Positions 1 through 7,100 of a DNA stretch of 13,143 nucleotides are shown here, one piece after another; the first letter of the stretch is position 1, and each line of letters starts with the position of its first letter. This DNA comes from a virus (lineage: Duplodnaviria > Heunggongvirae > Uroviricota > Caudoviricetes): the IMG/VR virus record IMGVR_UViG_2579778631_000018. One strand, written 5' to 3'. The notes under the pieces were generated by a model. The model made no database searches and was not told where the DNA came from. It was given only the letters and a program-made list of their open reading frames with translations. A program made the translations under genes and the position numbers.

Positions 1-996
1 TTATGGACGCATTATGGACATTCCTGACACCGGGTTAAGAGTCACTGCATCTTGTAAGAAATCCGGTGCAAAGTGTGCGTAGGTCATAGTTTGCTGAATG
101 TTAGAATGACCTAGGATGCGCTGCAATGTGATTATGTTACCTCCATTCATTATAAAATGTGTGGCAAATGTATGCCTCAAAACATGCACTGCCTGTCCGT
201 CAGGTAAATCGGGTTTTACTTCCCTGAGAGCGTTACGCACTTTGTAGTAACTGGCATTAAAAAGCCTGCCTGAATTTTTGGTCTTGATCCGTTTAATCAG
301 GTCCTGCGAAACGGGAATTGTCCTGCGCTTTCCGTTTTTAGTTTTCATAAACGTAACCATCTGGTTAATGATGTGTTCAGCTTTTAAATTAGACACTTCA
401 CTCCAGCGTCCACCAGTAGAAAGGCAGACCAGAGTCGCATTTAATTCATCACCATCAAGCATGGATAACAGTCGCGTAATCTCTTCACTGGACAAAAAAG
501 CCATTTCTGTAACAGCTTCACGTAACCGCTTAACCTCACGGAACGGGTTGTGAGAGTGGTATTCACCGGCGTCAATTAACTTGGTGAACATCCCGCTCAT
601 TATTGCCAGATGCCGATTTACGCTGGCTGGTTTTAGACCATCGTTCATCATTACAACGCGATAATCAGTTATCGTTTTCTTTGTTAGCTGGTCAGCTCTG
701 GACACTCCCATTTCTGCAAATTTGGCGATTATTGTCGTTAAACGCCCCCGTTCAATATCTCCACGCTCATGTGATTTTCCGTGATATATCCACCATCTGC
801 CTAACAACTCTGTAAGAGTTCGGCGGTCGGCTGGTTTCTCCAGCCACTCTTTGTTGTGGTAGTTAACCAGTACATGACGTTCGAATGCTTGAGCTTCACC
901 TTTAGTTTTAAATTTTCGCCTGATACGTTTTCCATCTGCACCCTGCGGTCTGACGTCCACTTCATAACGACCATCATCGAGCTTTTTAATAGACAT
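1..996 (-). CDS. int: Tyrosine site-specific integrase, P2-type (331 aa)
   Basis: Complete minus-strand ORF (ATG at 996-994, TAA at 3-1). N-terminus MSIKKLDDGRYEVDVRP... closely parallels phage P2 Int as I recall it. C-terminal catalytic boxes HVLRHTFATH and LGHSNIQQTMTYAHF are typical of tyrosine recombinases. Sits beside the C repressor, as in P2. Confidence 0.9.
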   Translation of the reverse strand: MSIKKLDDGRYEVDVRPQGADGKRIRRKFKTKGEAQAFERHVLVNYHNKEWLEKPADRRTLTELLGRWWIYHGKSHERGDIERGRLTTIIAKFAEMGVSRADQLTKKTITDYRVVMMNDGLKPASVNRHLAIMSGMFTKLIDAGEYHSHNPFREVKRLREAVTEMAFLSSEEITRLLSMLDGDELNATLVCLSTGGRWSEVSNLKAEHIINQMVTFMKTKNGKRRTIPVSQDLIKRIKTKNSGRLFNASYYKVRNALREVKPDLPDGQAVHVLRHTFATHFIMNGGNIITLQRILGHSNIQQTMTYAHFAPDFLQDAVTLNPVSGMSIMRP

Positions 997-1089
997 AAAG
1001 CCCTCCGATGACGCTGTTTACTTCTACTACTTGAAAATTAATGCAATTTTCTTTCGTACATTTACTACACACATATGCTGAATAAATCG

Positions 1090-1389
1090 TCAGCCAGTTT
1101 TCTGGTCTGAGTGGTGCAAGGTTGTTGAGTCTTGCCCAATGTGTGCGAGAGCCGGGGCTATTTGTCCAGCTGCTGGATCTGTTTCATCAAACATGAACCA
1201 GTCACGATACTTGCGAAAGCGTGGATGCTTAAACAGCTTCATACCTGCTTCCATAGGCATTTTTGATTTTCCTGATTCATATCCATGATATGTGTAGTAA
1301 TTAATTCCAATTAATTCAGCAAGTTCCTTAGTTTTAAGGCGTTCGGATTCACGGATGAGCTTTAGTTTTTCACTTTGTTCACTTGACAT
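1090..1389 (-). CDS. C: P2-type immunity repressor C (99 aa)
   Basis: The ORF track begins at an upstream TTG (1407); the in-frame ATG at 1389-1387 with GGAG about 12 nt upstream gives 99 aa. The C-terminal tail GQIAPALAHIGQDSTTLHHSDQKTG matches my recollection of the P2 C tail (GQIAPALAHFGQ...SGQKTG). Divergently oriented to cox, as in the P2 Pc/Pe switch. Confidence 0.8.
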   Translation of the reverse strand: MSSEQSEKLKLIRESERLKTKELAELIGINYYTYHGYESGKSKMPMEAGMKLFKHPRFRKYRDWFMFDETDPAAGQIAPALAHIGQDSTTLHHSDQKTG

Positions 1390-1482
1390 AATTTTGCTAA
1401 TCTCCAATTATATTGTTACTTGGCAATTTGTGATTCACTCAAAAAGGCTCTAGATGGCTCCGGTTGGTGAATCGCAAATCTT
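1390..1482. promoter_or_regulatory. Divergent Pc/Pe promoter-operator region of the lysogeny switch
   Basis: 93-bp gap between the divergent C and cox starts. Contains short repeated elements: ttggcaa/ttggtga, gtgattcac (about 1430-1438), gtgaatcgc (about 1467-1475), and ggctc twice. Operator assignment is positional only. Confidence 0.5.
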
Positions 1483-1854
1483 ATGGAGGATAGCAAAGTG
1501 ACGACAAATGTAGAAATTTCTTGTCCAACTAGCGATGAGGCAAGTTTCGAAAATGAAGCCAAACGTAAAAGCATTCAGATTTCAGAGCGCCCATCTGATT
1601 TGCTGTCGAAAGAAGGTTTTGCTCTTTACATCGGTAAGACACCACGCGCGGTGGCTGAAATGGCTAAAGCAGGAAAGCTGCCAGCCTTCTACATGACAGA
1701 CCCATTAAAACCAAGAGGGAAAGCTGAATTATGGATTAATCGCCGTGAGTGGGACAAGTACGCATCCCAACTGGTTGATGAAGCTCCGACAGAATGGCAT
1801 GACTGGAAAAATCGCATTAGTTACAGCAAATCAAGACATGGCCGTGCGGCTTAA
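1483..1854 (+). CDS. cox: Cox-like excisionase / transcriptional regulator (HTH)
   Basis: First gene of the rightward operon, divergent from C. The segment FALYIGKTPRAVAEMAKAGKLPAFYMTDP resembles the P2 Cox core (AKLIGKSTGAVRRMIDKGKLPVIDMTDP, from memory). The true start may be GTG at 1498, which has a GGAGGA Shine-Dalgarno 7-8 nt upstream; the ATG at 1483 has no obvious SD. Confidence 0.7.
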   Translation: MEDSKVTTNVEISCPTSDEASFENEAKRKSIQISERPSDLLSKEGFALYIGKTPRAVAEMAKAGKLPAFYMTDPLKPRGKAELWINRREWDKYASQLVDEAPTEWHDWKNRISYSKSRHGRAA

Positions 1855-1864
1855 GGTGGAAAGG

Positions 1865-2035
1865 ATGAACGAGCCTCGTTGTATTGCTCAGTTATTGCGT
1901 AACGAAAGCCCCAGGGCGATTGACTTTACCATCACCCACGGGAAGGGACGCAAGGGAATCATTATCCGCACCAAAAAACAGAGTCCGTTAAAGAAGGCTC
2001 TGACCTTTCTGAAAAGCCGGAGGGTCTGGAAATGA
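1865..2035 (+). CDS. Small basic hypothetical protein (56 aa), positional analogue of P2 orf78
   Basis: ATG at 1865 lies just after the cox stop (1852-1854), preceded by aaggtggaaagg. The longer ORF-track frame (1745..2035) overlaps cox and is unlikely to be the real start. Lys/Arg-rich (GKGRKGIIIRTKKQ). No family recognised. Confidence 0.4.
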   Translation: MNEPRCIAQLLRNESPRAIDFTITHGKGRKGIIIRTKKQSPLKKALTFLKSRRVWK

Positions 2036-2532
2036 CAGTGATGACGCTCAATCTCGTTGAAAAACAGCCAGCAACTATGCGCCGGATAATTGGTAAGCAT
2101 CTGGCCGTCCCTCGCTGGCAGGAGACATGCGATTATTATAATCAGATGATGGAACGCGAACGGCTAACGGTTTGCTTTCATGCGCAGTTAAAACAGCGTC
2201 ACGCAACGATGCGTTTTGAAGAAATGAACGACGTCGAACGTGAACGACTGGTATGTGCAATTGATGAATTGCGCGGGGCATTCTCAAAACGCCGTCAGGT
2301 TGGCGCAAGTGAGTATGCATATATTAGTTTTTTAACAGTCAGTCAGCGTCGCACTTTATTTATGCACGCACGACTGACAGAAAAAGAATTTAACCAGCCA
2401 TACTGGCGAATTAATGAAGAGTCATGTTACTGGCGTGATGCTTTATTCCGTGCATTACGTGAATTATTCAGCCTGTTTGAGTATGCACCGACAATTCTGA
2501 CGTCGGTAAAACCAGAGCAATATCTGCATTAA
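2032..2532 (+). CDS. B: Replication protein B-like (166 aa)
   Basis: ATG at 2032 overlaps the upstream TGA (ATGA coupling), with GGAGG 8 nt upstream. Size is identical to P2 gpB (166 aa, from memory) and the position between cox and A matches. The sequence itself is not independently recognised. Confidence 0.6.
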   Translation: MTVMTLNLVEKQPATMRRIIGKHLAVPRWQETCDYYNQMMERERLTVCFHAQLKQRHATMRFEEMNDVERERLVCAIDELRGAFSKRRQVGASEYAYISFLTVSQRRTLFMHARLTEKEFNQPYWRINEESCYWRDALFRALRELFSLFEYAPTILTSVKPEQYLH

Positions 2533-2595
2533 GTAATTAACCAGGGTTTTTAACGCACTTAATTGTGCGGGGCTTCTTTTTGCCTGGAGAAAGTC

Positions 2596-2820
2596 ATGCA
2601 TACAGTTTCTGAAAATCAGTGCGGTAAATACGCATTACTGCTGCAACAGGCCAGAACCGAAGCACAGGCCGACGCGGCGACGCGCTTTTCTTCTCATCTT
2701 GACGCCATGATTCGCCACATCACAAAGGCGGAGTTATCCCGCGTGGAGATAGTCGAGCTGCTCAGTCAGGAGTCGGAAAAATTTCACAATATCGGATTGT
2801 CTCGCGGGGAGGTACTTTGA
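2596..2820 (+). CDS. Hypothetical early protein (74 aa; P2 orf80 position)
   Basis: ATG at 2596 preceded by GGAGAAAG. The ORF-track start at 2563 lacks an RBS. Ends with TGA overlapping the next start. Confidence 0.45.
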   Translation: MHTVSENQCGKYALLLQQARTEAQADAATRFSSHLDAMIRHITKAELSRVEIVELLSQESEKFHNIGLSRGEVL

Positions 2821-3119
2821 TGTCCTGTTCTCATTCAGTTGTATTACTGAATAACGCCTTAAAAATCGCCGTTATGAAAAATGGCGATTTGTCTCTTATT
2901 CAACTTTGTCTTGATAAAGAAAAACGCGACATCACTGAATCTGTTATCGCGATTTATCAGAATGAATTAAACCTCCTGTCTGATGTGGTCAATTTACTTG
3001 TTAAACGCGCTGTATTCCACAAGCAAATTTCCTCAGTGGATGAACTGACAAAATTAACGACAGAACTTGCCAGTTATTGCGCTGATGTATCCAGGAAACT
3101 TAACGATAAAAGGAGCTGA
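2820..3119 (+). CDS. Hypothetical early protein (99 aa; P2 orf81 position), low GC
   Basis: ATG at 2820 overlaps the upstream TGA (TGATG). Visibly more AT-rich than the flanking genes. No family recognised. Confidence 0.5.
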   Translation: MSCSHSVVLLNNALKIAVMKNGDLSLIQLCLDKEKRDITESVIAIYQNELNLLSDVVNLLVKRAVFHKQISSVDELTKLTTELASYCADVSRKLNDKRS

Positions 3120-3121
3120 TA

Positions 3122-3346
3122 ATGCCGGACAACGTAGATTTTATTCAGGAACAACAGGCTGAATTACTGGAGCGCCAGATTAACGCGGCAAGGGTAAAAC
3201 ATTGCGGTGCTTCTGCGCTGGTTTGCGAAGAGTGTGACGCGCCAATACCTGCTGCCCGTCGTGCGGCTTATCCGTCAGCCACGCGTTGTGTTTCCTGTCA
3301 GTCAGTCTTTGAAGCAAAAAACAAACATTACCGGAGAACGGCATGA
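3122..3346 (+). CDS. TraR/DksA-family C4 zinc-finger protein (74 aa; P2 orf82-like)
   Basis: AAAAGGAG SD 6 nt before ATG 3122. Four-Cys arrangement C-x2-C ... C-x2-C (VCEECDAP ... RCVSCQSV) in a short protein with an N-terminal coiled region, as in TraR/DksA. Confidence 0.7.
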   Translation: MPDNVDFIQEQQAELLERQINAARVKHCGASALVCEECDAPIPAARRAAYPSATRCVSCQSVFEAKNKHYRRTA

Positions 3347-3618
3347 GTATTCGTATTGAAATTGGCGAACGTTATGTCGTTACCAGTGACAGCTTCCAGT
3401 TTATTCTCCACGAGAAAAAGAGAGCGGAAAGCGGTAAAAACGCCGGTCAGGAATGGCTGGCGGTGGTTGGTTATTACCCGAAATTAAGCCAGCTTGTTTC
3501 CGGCCTGATGCATCACGATATTCTGACCGGAAGCGCAAAGTCTTTTGCTGATTTAAACGCGCAGGTTGAGCAACTCAGCAGGCGTTGTTCAGAGGCTTTT
3601 GGCTCATATGGCCGTTAA
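3343..3618 (+). CDS. Hypothetical early protein (91 aa; P2 orf83 position)
   Basis: Start overlaps the orf82-like stop; its 3' end overlaps the gene A start by 11 nt. No family recognised. Confidence 0.5.
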   Translation: MSIRIEIGERYVVTSDSFQFILHEKKRAESGKNAGQEWLAVVGYYPKLSQLVSGLMHHDILTGSAKSFADLNAQVEQLSRRCSEAFGSYGR

Positions 3619-5731
3619 AGCCTCCGGGCGTTTTGTCCCTCCGTCAGCATTTGCTGCAGGCACCGGTAAGGCGTTTACCGGTGCTTATGCATGGAACGCG
3701 CCACGCGAGGCCGTCGGGCGCGAAAGACCCCTTACACGTGACGAGATGCGTCAGGTGCAAGGTGTTTTATCCACGATTAACCGCCTGCCTTACTTTTTGC
3801 GCTCGCTGTTTACTTCACGCTATGACTACATCCGGCGCAATAAAAGCCCGGTGCACGGGTTTTATTTCCTCACATCCACTTTTCAGCGTCGTTTATGGCC
3901 GCGCATTGAGCGCGTGAATCAGCGCCATGAAATGAACACCGACGCGTCGTTGCTGTTTCTGGCAGAGCGTGACCATTATGCGCGTCTGCCGGGGATGAAT
4001 GATAAGGAGCTGAAAAAGTTTGCCGCCCGTATCTCATCGCAGCTTTTCATGATGTATGAGGAACTCTGCGATGCCTGGGTGGATGCGCATGGCGAAAAAG
4101 AATCGCTGTTTACGGATGAGGCGCAGGCTCACCTCTATGGTCATGTTGCTGGCGCTGCACGTGCTTTCAATATTTCCCCGCTCTACTGGAAAAAATACCG
4201 TAAAGGACAGATGACCACGAGGCAGGCATATTCTGCCATTGCCCGCCTGTTTAACGATGAGTGGTGGATTAGTCAGCTTAAAGGCCAGCGTATGCGCTGG
4301 CATGAGGCGTTACTGATTGCTGTCGGGGAGGTCAATAAAGACCGTTCACCTTATGCCAGTAAACATGCCATTCGTGATGTGCGTGCACGCCGCCAGGCAA
4401 ATCTGGAATTTCTTAAATCGTGTGACCTTGAAAACAGGGAAACCGGCGAACGCATCGACCTTATCAGTAAGGTGATGGGCAGTATTTCTAATCCTGAAAT
4501 TCGCCGGATGGAGCTGATGAACACCATTGCCGGTATTGAGCGTTACGCCGCCGCAGAGGGTGATGTGGGGATGTTTATCACGCTTACCGCGCCGTCAAAG
4601 TATCACCCGACACGTCAGGTCGGAAAAGGCGAAAGTAAAACCGTCCAGCTAAATCACGGCTGGAACGATGAGGCATTTAATCCAAAGGATGCGCAGCGTT
4701 ATCTCTGCCATATCTGGAGCCTGATGCGCACGGCATTCAAGGATAATGATTTACAGGTCTACGGTTTGCGTGTCGTCGAGCCACACCACGACGGAACGCC
4801 GCACTGGCATATGATGCTTTTTTGTAATCCACGCCAGCGTAACCAGATTATCGAAATCATGCGTCGCTATGCGCTCAAAGAGGATGGCGACGAAAGAGGA
4901 GCCGCGCGAAACCGTTTTCAGGCAAAACATCTTAACCGGGGCGGTGCTGCGGGGTATATCGCAAAATACATCTCAAAAAACATCGATGGCTATGCACTGG
5001 ATGGTCAGCTCGATAATGATACCGGCAGGCCGCTGAAAGATACTGCTGCGGCTGTTACCGCATGGGCGTCAACGTGGCGAATTCCGCAATTTAAAACGGT
5101 TGGCCTGCCGACAATGGGGGCTTACCGTGAACTACGCAAATTGCCTCGCGGCGTCAGTATTGCTGATGAGTTTGACGAACGCGTCGAGGCTGCTCGCGCT
5201 GCCGCAGACAGTGGTGATTTTGCGTTGTATATCAGCGCGCAGGGTGGGGCAAATGTCCCGCGCGATTGTCAGACTGTCAGGGTTGCCCGTAGCCCGTCGG
5301 ATGACGTTAACGAGTACGAGGAAGAAGTCGAGAGAGTGGTCGGCATTTACGCGCCGCATCTCGGCGCGCGTCATATTCATATCACCAGAACGACGGACTG
5401 GCGCATTGTGCCGAAAGTTCCGGTCGTTGAGCCTTTGACTTTAAAAAGCGGCATCGCCGCGCCTCGGAGTCCTGTCAATAACTGTGGAAAACTCACCTGT
5501 GGCGATACTTCGTTACCGGCTCCCACACCTTCTGAGCACGCCGCAGCAGTGCTTAATCTGGTAGATGACGGTGTTATCGAATGGAATGACCCGGAGGTCT
5601 TGAAAGTGCTTAATCTGGCATTGAAAATAGAAGCATCACGTAAATGTACAAACAAAGGAGACACACGAGCAGGCATAGTTGGCGAGTCAACCGCGATTTT
5701 CAATGTACAGGATGCTGATAATCAACAATGA
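3608..5731 (+). CDS. A: Replication initiation endonuclease gpA (HUH rolling-circle initiator, 707 aa)
   Basis: ATG at 3608 with AGAGG 12 nt upstream; the ORF-track start at 3566 is an upstream TTG. N-terminus MAVKASGRFVPPSAFAAGTGK matches my memory of P2 gpA. HUH-type metal motif EPHHDGTPHWHMMLF and the double-tyrosine motif GYIAKYISK (compare phiX174 A protein YVAKYVNK) are present. Confidence 0.9.
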   Translation: MAVKASGRFVPPSAFAAGTGKAFTGAYAWNAPREAVGRERPLTRDEMRQVQGVLSTINRLPYFLRSLFTSRYDYIRRNKSPVHGFYFLTSTFQRRLWPRIERVNQRHEMNTDASLLFLAERDHYARLPGMNDKELKKFAARISSQLFMMYEELCDAWVDAHGEKESLFTDEAQAHLYGHVAGAARAFNISPLYWKKYRKGQMTTRQAYSAIARLFNDEWWISQLKGQRMRWHEALLIAVGEVNKDRSPYASKHAIRDVRARRQANLEFLKSCDLENRETGERIDLISKVMGSISNPEIRRMELMNTIAGIERYAAAEGDVGMFITLTAPSKYHPTRQVGKGESKTVQLNHGWNDEAFNPKDAQRYLCHIWSLMRTAFKDNDLQVYGLRVVEPHHDGTPHWHMMLFCNPRQRNQIIEIMRRYALKEDGDERGAARNRFQAKHLNRGGAAGYIAKYISKNIDGYALDGQLDNDTGRPLKDTAAAVTAWASTWRIPQFKTVGLPTMGAYRELRKLPRGVSIADEFDERVEAARAAADSGDFALYISAQGGANVPRDCQTVRVARSPSDDVNEYEEEVERVVGIYAPHLGARHIHITRTTDWRIVPKVPVVEPLTLKSGIAAPRSPVNNCGKLTCGDTSLPAPTPSEHAAAVLNLVDDGVIEWNDPEVLKVLNLALKIEASRKCTNKGDTRAGIVGESTAIFNVQDADNQQ

Positions 5732-5846
5732 TAGCTATTGTGACTATGCTAACCCTATGAATCTATTGTGTGATTATGAGTAATGACTTTTTCTAATATT
5801 TGATTTTTAATGTAGTAACTTAGCTAATTTTAAAATTTGTAAAAGG
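5732..5846 (+). promoter_or_regulatory. AT-rich intergenic leader, putative promoter of the cargo operon
   Basis: 115 bp of very AT-rich sequence between the A stop and the SIR2 start, with several loose -35/-10-like hexamers (TTGATT ... TAAAAT). AAGGA precedes the ATGs at 5847/5853. No exact promoter call is possible by eye. Confidence 0.35.
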
Positions 5847-7100
5847 ATGTTTATGTCGATTTATCAAGGTGGTAACAAGTTAAATGAGGATGATTTTCGT
5901 TCTCACGTTTATTCCTTGTGTCAATTAGATAATGTTGGCGTTCTGTTAGGTGCTGGTGCTTCTGTCGGTTGTGGTGGGAAAACGATGAAAGATGTATGGA
6001 AATCGTTTAAGCAAAACTACCCTGAGCTTTTGGGAGCACTTATTGATAAATATCTTCTGGTTTCGCAAATTGATTCTGATAACAATTTGGTCAATGTTGA
6101 ACTTTTGATAGATGAAGCAACTAAATTTCTTTCTGTAGCTAAAACTAGACGATGTGAAGATGAAGAGGAGGAATTCAGGAAGATATTAAGTTCATTATAT
6201 AAAGAGGTTACGAAGGCTGCATTATTAACAGGAGAACAGTTTAGAGAGAAAAATCAGGGTAAAAAAGATGCGTTTAAATATCACAAAGAGTTAATTTCAA
6301 AATTAATTTCAAATAGACAGCCCGGTCAGTCGGCTCCGGCAATTTTTACAACAAATTATGATTTGGCCTTAGAGTGGGCTGCAGAAGATTTAGGAATACA
6401 GTTGTTTAATGGTTTTTCTGGGCTACATACACGGCAGTTTTATCCCCAGAATTTTGATTTGGCTTTCAGAAATGTAAATGCGAAGGGCGAAGCAAGATTC
6501 GGACATTATCATGCGTATCTCTATAAATTACATGGCTCACTTACGTGGTATCAAAATGATAGCTTGACTGTTAACGAAGTTAGTGCATCTCAAGCATATG
6601 ATGAATATATTAATGACATAATCAATAAAGATGACTTTTATCGCGGTCAACATTTGATTTATCCAGGGGCGAATAAATATAGCCATACAATCGGCTTCGT
6701 TTATGGAGAGATGTTTAGACGTTTTGGGGAGTTTATTTCGAAACCTCAAACAGCGTTGTTCATAAATGGGTTTGGTTTCGGTGATTATCATATAAATAGA
6801 ATAATATTAGGCGCGTTACTGAATCCATCTTTCCATGTTGTTATATATTATCCTGAATTGGAAGAAGCAATTACCAAAGTAAGTAAGGGTGGCGGTTCGG
6901 AAGCTGAGAAAGCTATTGTTACTTTAAAAAACATGGCTTTCAATCAAGTAACTGTAGTTGGGGGAGGAAGCAAGGCATATTTTAATAGTTTCGTAGAACA
7001 TCTACCATACCCTGTGCTCTTTCCACGAGATAATATTGTTGATGAGTTGGTTGAAGCAATTGCTAATCTTTCTAAAGGAGAAGGTAATGTCCCTTTTTAA
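5847..7100 (+). CDS. SIR2-family (sirtuin-like) NAD-binding protein, defence-associated (about 417 aa)
   Basis: Glycine loop LLGAGAS (aa 33-39, nt 5949-5963), TTNYD (aa 168-172) and LHGS (aa 228-231) occur in the order and spacing of the SIR2 fold. Low-GC gene directly upstream of, and overlapping, a HerA-like ATPase. The start could be ATG 5847 or 5853. Confidence 0.8.
   Translation: MFMSIYQGGNKLNEDDFRSHVYSLCQLDNVGVLLGAGASVGCGGKTMKDVWKSFKQNYPELLGALIDKYLLVSQIDSDNNLVNVELLIDEATKFLSVAKTRRCEDEEEEFRKILSSLYKEVTKAALLTGEQFREKNQGKKDAFKYHKELISKLISNRQPGQSAPAIFTTNYDLALEWAAEDLGIQLFNGFSGLHTRQFYPQNFDLAFRNVNAKGEARFGHYHAYLYKLHGSLTWYQNDSLTVNEVSASQAYDEYINDIINKDDFYRGQHLIYPGANKYSHTIGFVYGEMFRRFGEFISKPQTALFINGFGFGDYHINRIILGALLNPSFHVVIYYPELEEAITKVSKGGGSEAEKAIVTLKNMAFNQVTVVGGGSKAYFNSFVEHLPYPVLFPRDNIVDELVEAIANLSKGEGNVPF

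Noticed and set aside
278-815. Plus-strand ORFs 278-553 and 603-815, antisense to int
   Set aside because: They are embedded in the integrase coding region, and the integrase frame carries the conserved catalytic boxes.
1745-2320. Extended ORF 1745-2035 overlapping cox, and minus-strand ORFs 1888-2100 and 2075-2320
   Set aside because: Only the 3' part from ATG 1865 has an RBS and avoids overlap with cox. The minus-strand frames are antisense to the early operon, whose genes are translationally coupled.
3585-5703. Alternative-frame ORFs overlapping gene A (3585-3917 +, 4034-4303 -, 5100-5438 +, 5132-5380 -, 5377-5703 -)
   Set aside because: They lie inside the clearly recognisable gpA frame (HUH and double-tyrosine motifs) and lack independent support.
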